Sequence record: AF039882.1
Reading direction: 5' to 3' (one strand)
DNA from: a phage
DNA length: 529 nucleotides
Every line of letters starts with the position of its first letter. The stretch's first letter is position 1. A program made the position numbers and the translations under genes. Under the pieces are notes generated by a model. The model saw only the letters and a list, made by a program, of their open reading frames with translations, had not been told where the DNA came from and made no database searches. Shown piece after piece: positions 1 to 529 of this stretch.

Positions 1-41
1 TCCCGTTNACTTTTGATGGGGATACTAAAACANAGGGGGAT

Positions 42-200
42 TTAACTGGAGGCGTGAAAAACGGGGAGCTGATCCCCGTCGGTTATCANGAGAAGTGGGC
101 AATTGTTACGCTTTGCCATTTCCCGCCAATCATCTTGCTGTCTAGACTTGCGATGCCGTANTAAAAACCGTTTATACCAGTGATTAAACCATCGTTTCAT
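42..200 (-). CDS. hypothetical small basic, Trp/Arg-rich protein (52 aa), apparently translationally coupled to the upstream ORF
   Basis: ATG at 200..198 overlaps the upstream TGA (199..197) as ATGA. GAGGGGG (plus-strand 205-211, read on minus) sits 4 nt upstream of the ATG. Hand translation: MKRWFNHWYKRFLXRHRKSRQQDDWREMAKRNNCPLLXITDGDQLPVFHASS, stop TAA at 44..42. About 11 Lys/Arg against 5 Asp/Glu. Absent from the ORF track (presumably below a length cutoff). Two codons contain N. Could instead be a frameshifted continuation of the upstream ORF if the read has an indel near 197-200. Confidence 0.35.
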   Translation of the reverse strand: MKRWFNHWYKRFLXRHRKSRQQDDWREMAKRNNCPLLXITDGDQLPVFHASS

Positions 201-382
201 AAATCCCCCTCGGGTAATCGATGCGTGATCTTCTCCTCTTCCCCGTAGGAATCGACCAAATGCTGATAATANCCATCGGNATCATAAATAACGCTATCAT
301 ACTCGCCCCGCTCGACCGCTCCCCGATTCTCCGGCGTATCGGGCANATAGAAAANGTCTACNATTGTGGTAGTTTTGGTCAC
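197..382 (-). CDS. hypothetical small acidic, Tyr-rich protein (61 aa counted from GTG at 382..380; true start uncertain)
   Basis: ORF from the supplied track. Enterobacterial-style codons (GAT, GAG, CGG, GGG). 14 Asp/Glu against 5 Lys/Arg, and 6 Tyr. No convincing Shine-Dalgarno upstream of the GTG; the frame stays open up to an in-frame TGA at 433..431, so the start may lie elsewhere or be obscured by read errors. Five codons contain N. The stop TGA (199..197) overlaps the ATG of the next minus-strand ORF. Confidence 0.4.
   Translation of the reverse strand: MTKTTTXVDXFYXPDTPENRGAVERGEYDSVIYDXDXYYQHLVDSYGEEEKITHRLPEGDL
205..211 (-). promoter_or_regulatory. Shine-Dalgarno-like GAGGGGG for the ATG at 200..198
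   Basis: Minus-strand sequence cccGAGGGGGatttATG read directly from the window; purine-rich motif with short but acceptable spacing to the start codon. Confidence 0.45.
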
Positions 383-400
383 AATAATTTTATTGCTCAG

Positions 401-419
401 TAATAACGCCCCGTTATTA
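401..419. repeat. perfect palindrome TAATAACG-ccc-CGTTATTA (8-bp arms, 3-nt spacer); candidate operator or hairpin
   Basis: Read directly: 401-408 taataacg is the exact reverse complement of 412-419 cgttatta. Lies in the AT-rich stretch 383-420, 19-37 nt upstream (in minus-strand terms) of the GTG at 382. A second weaker inverted repeat, caataa/ttattg (382-387 / 390-395), is adjacent. Confidence 0.45.
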
Positions 420-454
420 GTTGANGANTCTCAAAGATAGCGTTCGCAAGTGTN

Positions 455-481
455 GCCCTTAGATATCCCANCCGNGGCTTC
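455..481. other. probable polylinker or primer-derived junction sequence between insert and vector
   Basis: Clustered 6-bp restriction sites immediately before the vector match: EcoRV GATATC 462-467 and SacII-like CCGNGG 473-478, followed by EcoRI 482-487 and NcoI 487-492. Three N calls in 27 nt. The exact insert boundary cannot be fixed from sequence alone. Confidence 0.3.
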
Positions 482-529
482 GAATTCCATGGTCCGGTTT
501 CCTGTGGTGAAATTGTCGATCCAGCGTCA
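482..529 (-). other. cloning-vector sequence: lac operator / SD / NcoI / EcoRI segment of a trc/tac-promoter expression vector (pTrc99A-like), at the degraded end of the read
   Basis: Reverse complement of 482-529 is tgacgctggatcgacaatttcaccacaggaaaccggaccatggaattc. From memory the pTrc99A lacO-RBS-MCS is TGTGAGCGGATAACAATTTCACACAGGAAACAGACCATGGAATTC. The right-hand ~30 nt match except for one inserted C and a CGG-for-AG change; the left-hand part is noisier, as expected at a read end. The adjacent NcoI-EcoRI arrangement (CCATGGAATTC) is characteristic of this vector family. Confidence 0.65.

Noticed and set aside
48-163. Plus-strand small ORF starting at GTG 54-56 just after a GGAGG motif (48-52)
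   Set aside because: The GGAGG is only 1 nt from the GTG, too close for a functional Shine-Dalgarno. The ORF is about 36 codons, runs antisense to the better-supported minus-strand ORF, and ends at an N-containing codon.
141-222. XbaI (141-146) and ClaI (217-222) sites as further vector or polylinker evidence
   Set aside because: They are isolated 6-mers inside apparently coding insert sequence, consistent with chance occurrence; no flanking vector-like sequence was recognised.
221-403. Plus-strand 60-aa ORF from the supplied track (MRDLLLFPVGIDQ...)
   Set aside because: It lies almost entirely antisense to the minus-strand ORF, has no recognisable Shine-Dalgarno before its ATG, gives a hydrophobic low-complexity translation (runs of I/L/N), and is antisense to the vector promoter. 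The minus-strand ORF has a coupled downstream partner with a strong SD. Most likely a shadow ORF, though this cannot be excluded without homology data.
401-419. Palindrome as a rho-independent terminator for the plus-strand ORF ending at 403
   Set aside because: The stem is AT-rich (2 G/C pairs of 8) and is not followed by a T-tract on either strand, so it does not look like an intrinsic terminator.
455-460. GCCCTT as a TOPO-TA cloning scar
   Set aside because: In TOPO vectors GCCCTT is read from the vector into the insert. Here, reading from the vector side (minus strand), the motif appears as AAGGGC before the insert, which is the wrong orientation. Probably coincidental or part of another linker.
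1-529. CRISPR array, tRNA/rRNA, transposase or other recognisable mobile element, or a defined novel defence system
   Set aside because: No direct-repeat array, no cloverleaf-compatible structure, no ORF long enough to encode a transposase or defence enzyme, and no family-specific motif I recognise. Claiming a novel system from 529 nt of low-quality read would not be supportable.

Overview
This 529-nt window looks like a raw, low-quality single-pass clone read rather than finished genome sequence: it carries 14 ambiguous N calls, and its last ~48 nt match, from memory and in reverse complement, the lac operator / Shine-Dalgarno / NcoI / EcoRI segment of a trc-promoter expression vector (pTrc99A-like). 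The remainder (about 1-455) is insert of unknown origin. On the minus strand, which is the sense direction relative to the vector promoter, there are two small overlapping ORFs. The first (382..197, 61 aa from a GTG) is acidic and Tyr-rich; the second (200..42, 52 aa, below the ORF-track cutoff) is basic and Trp/Arg-rich. Its ATG overlaps the first ORF's TGA stop as ATGA and is preceded by a GAGGGGG Shine-Dalgarno. A perfect 19-nt palindrome (401-419) lies in the AT-rich stretch upstream of the first ORF, and an 11-bp inverted repeat (34-44 / 200-210) brackets the second ORF. I do not recognise either protein and cannot run a homology search, so all functional readings are hypotheses. I see no CRISPR array, RNA gene or recognisable mobile element, and no supportable evidence for a defined novel system. 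The N calls and likely indel errors make every frame assignment provisional.
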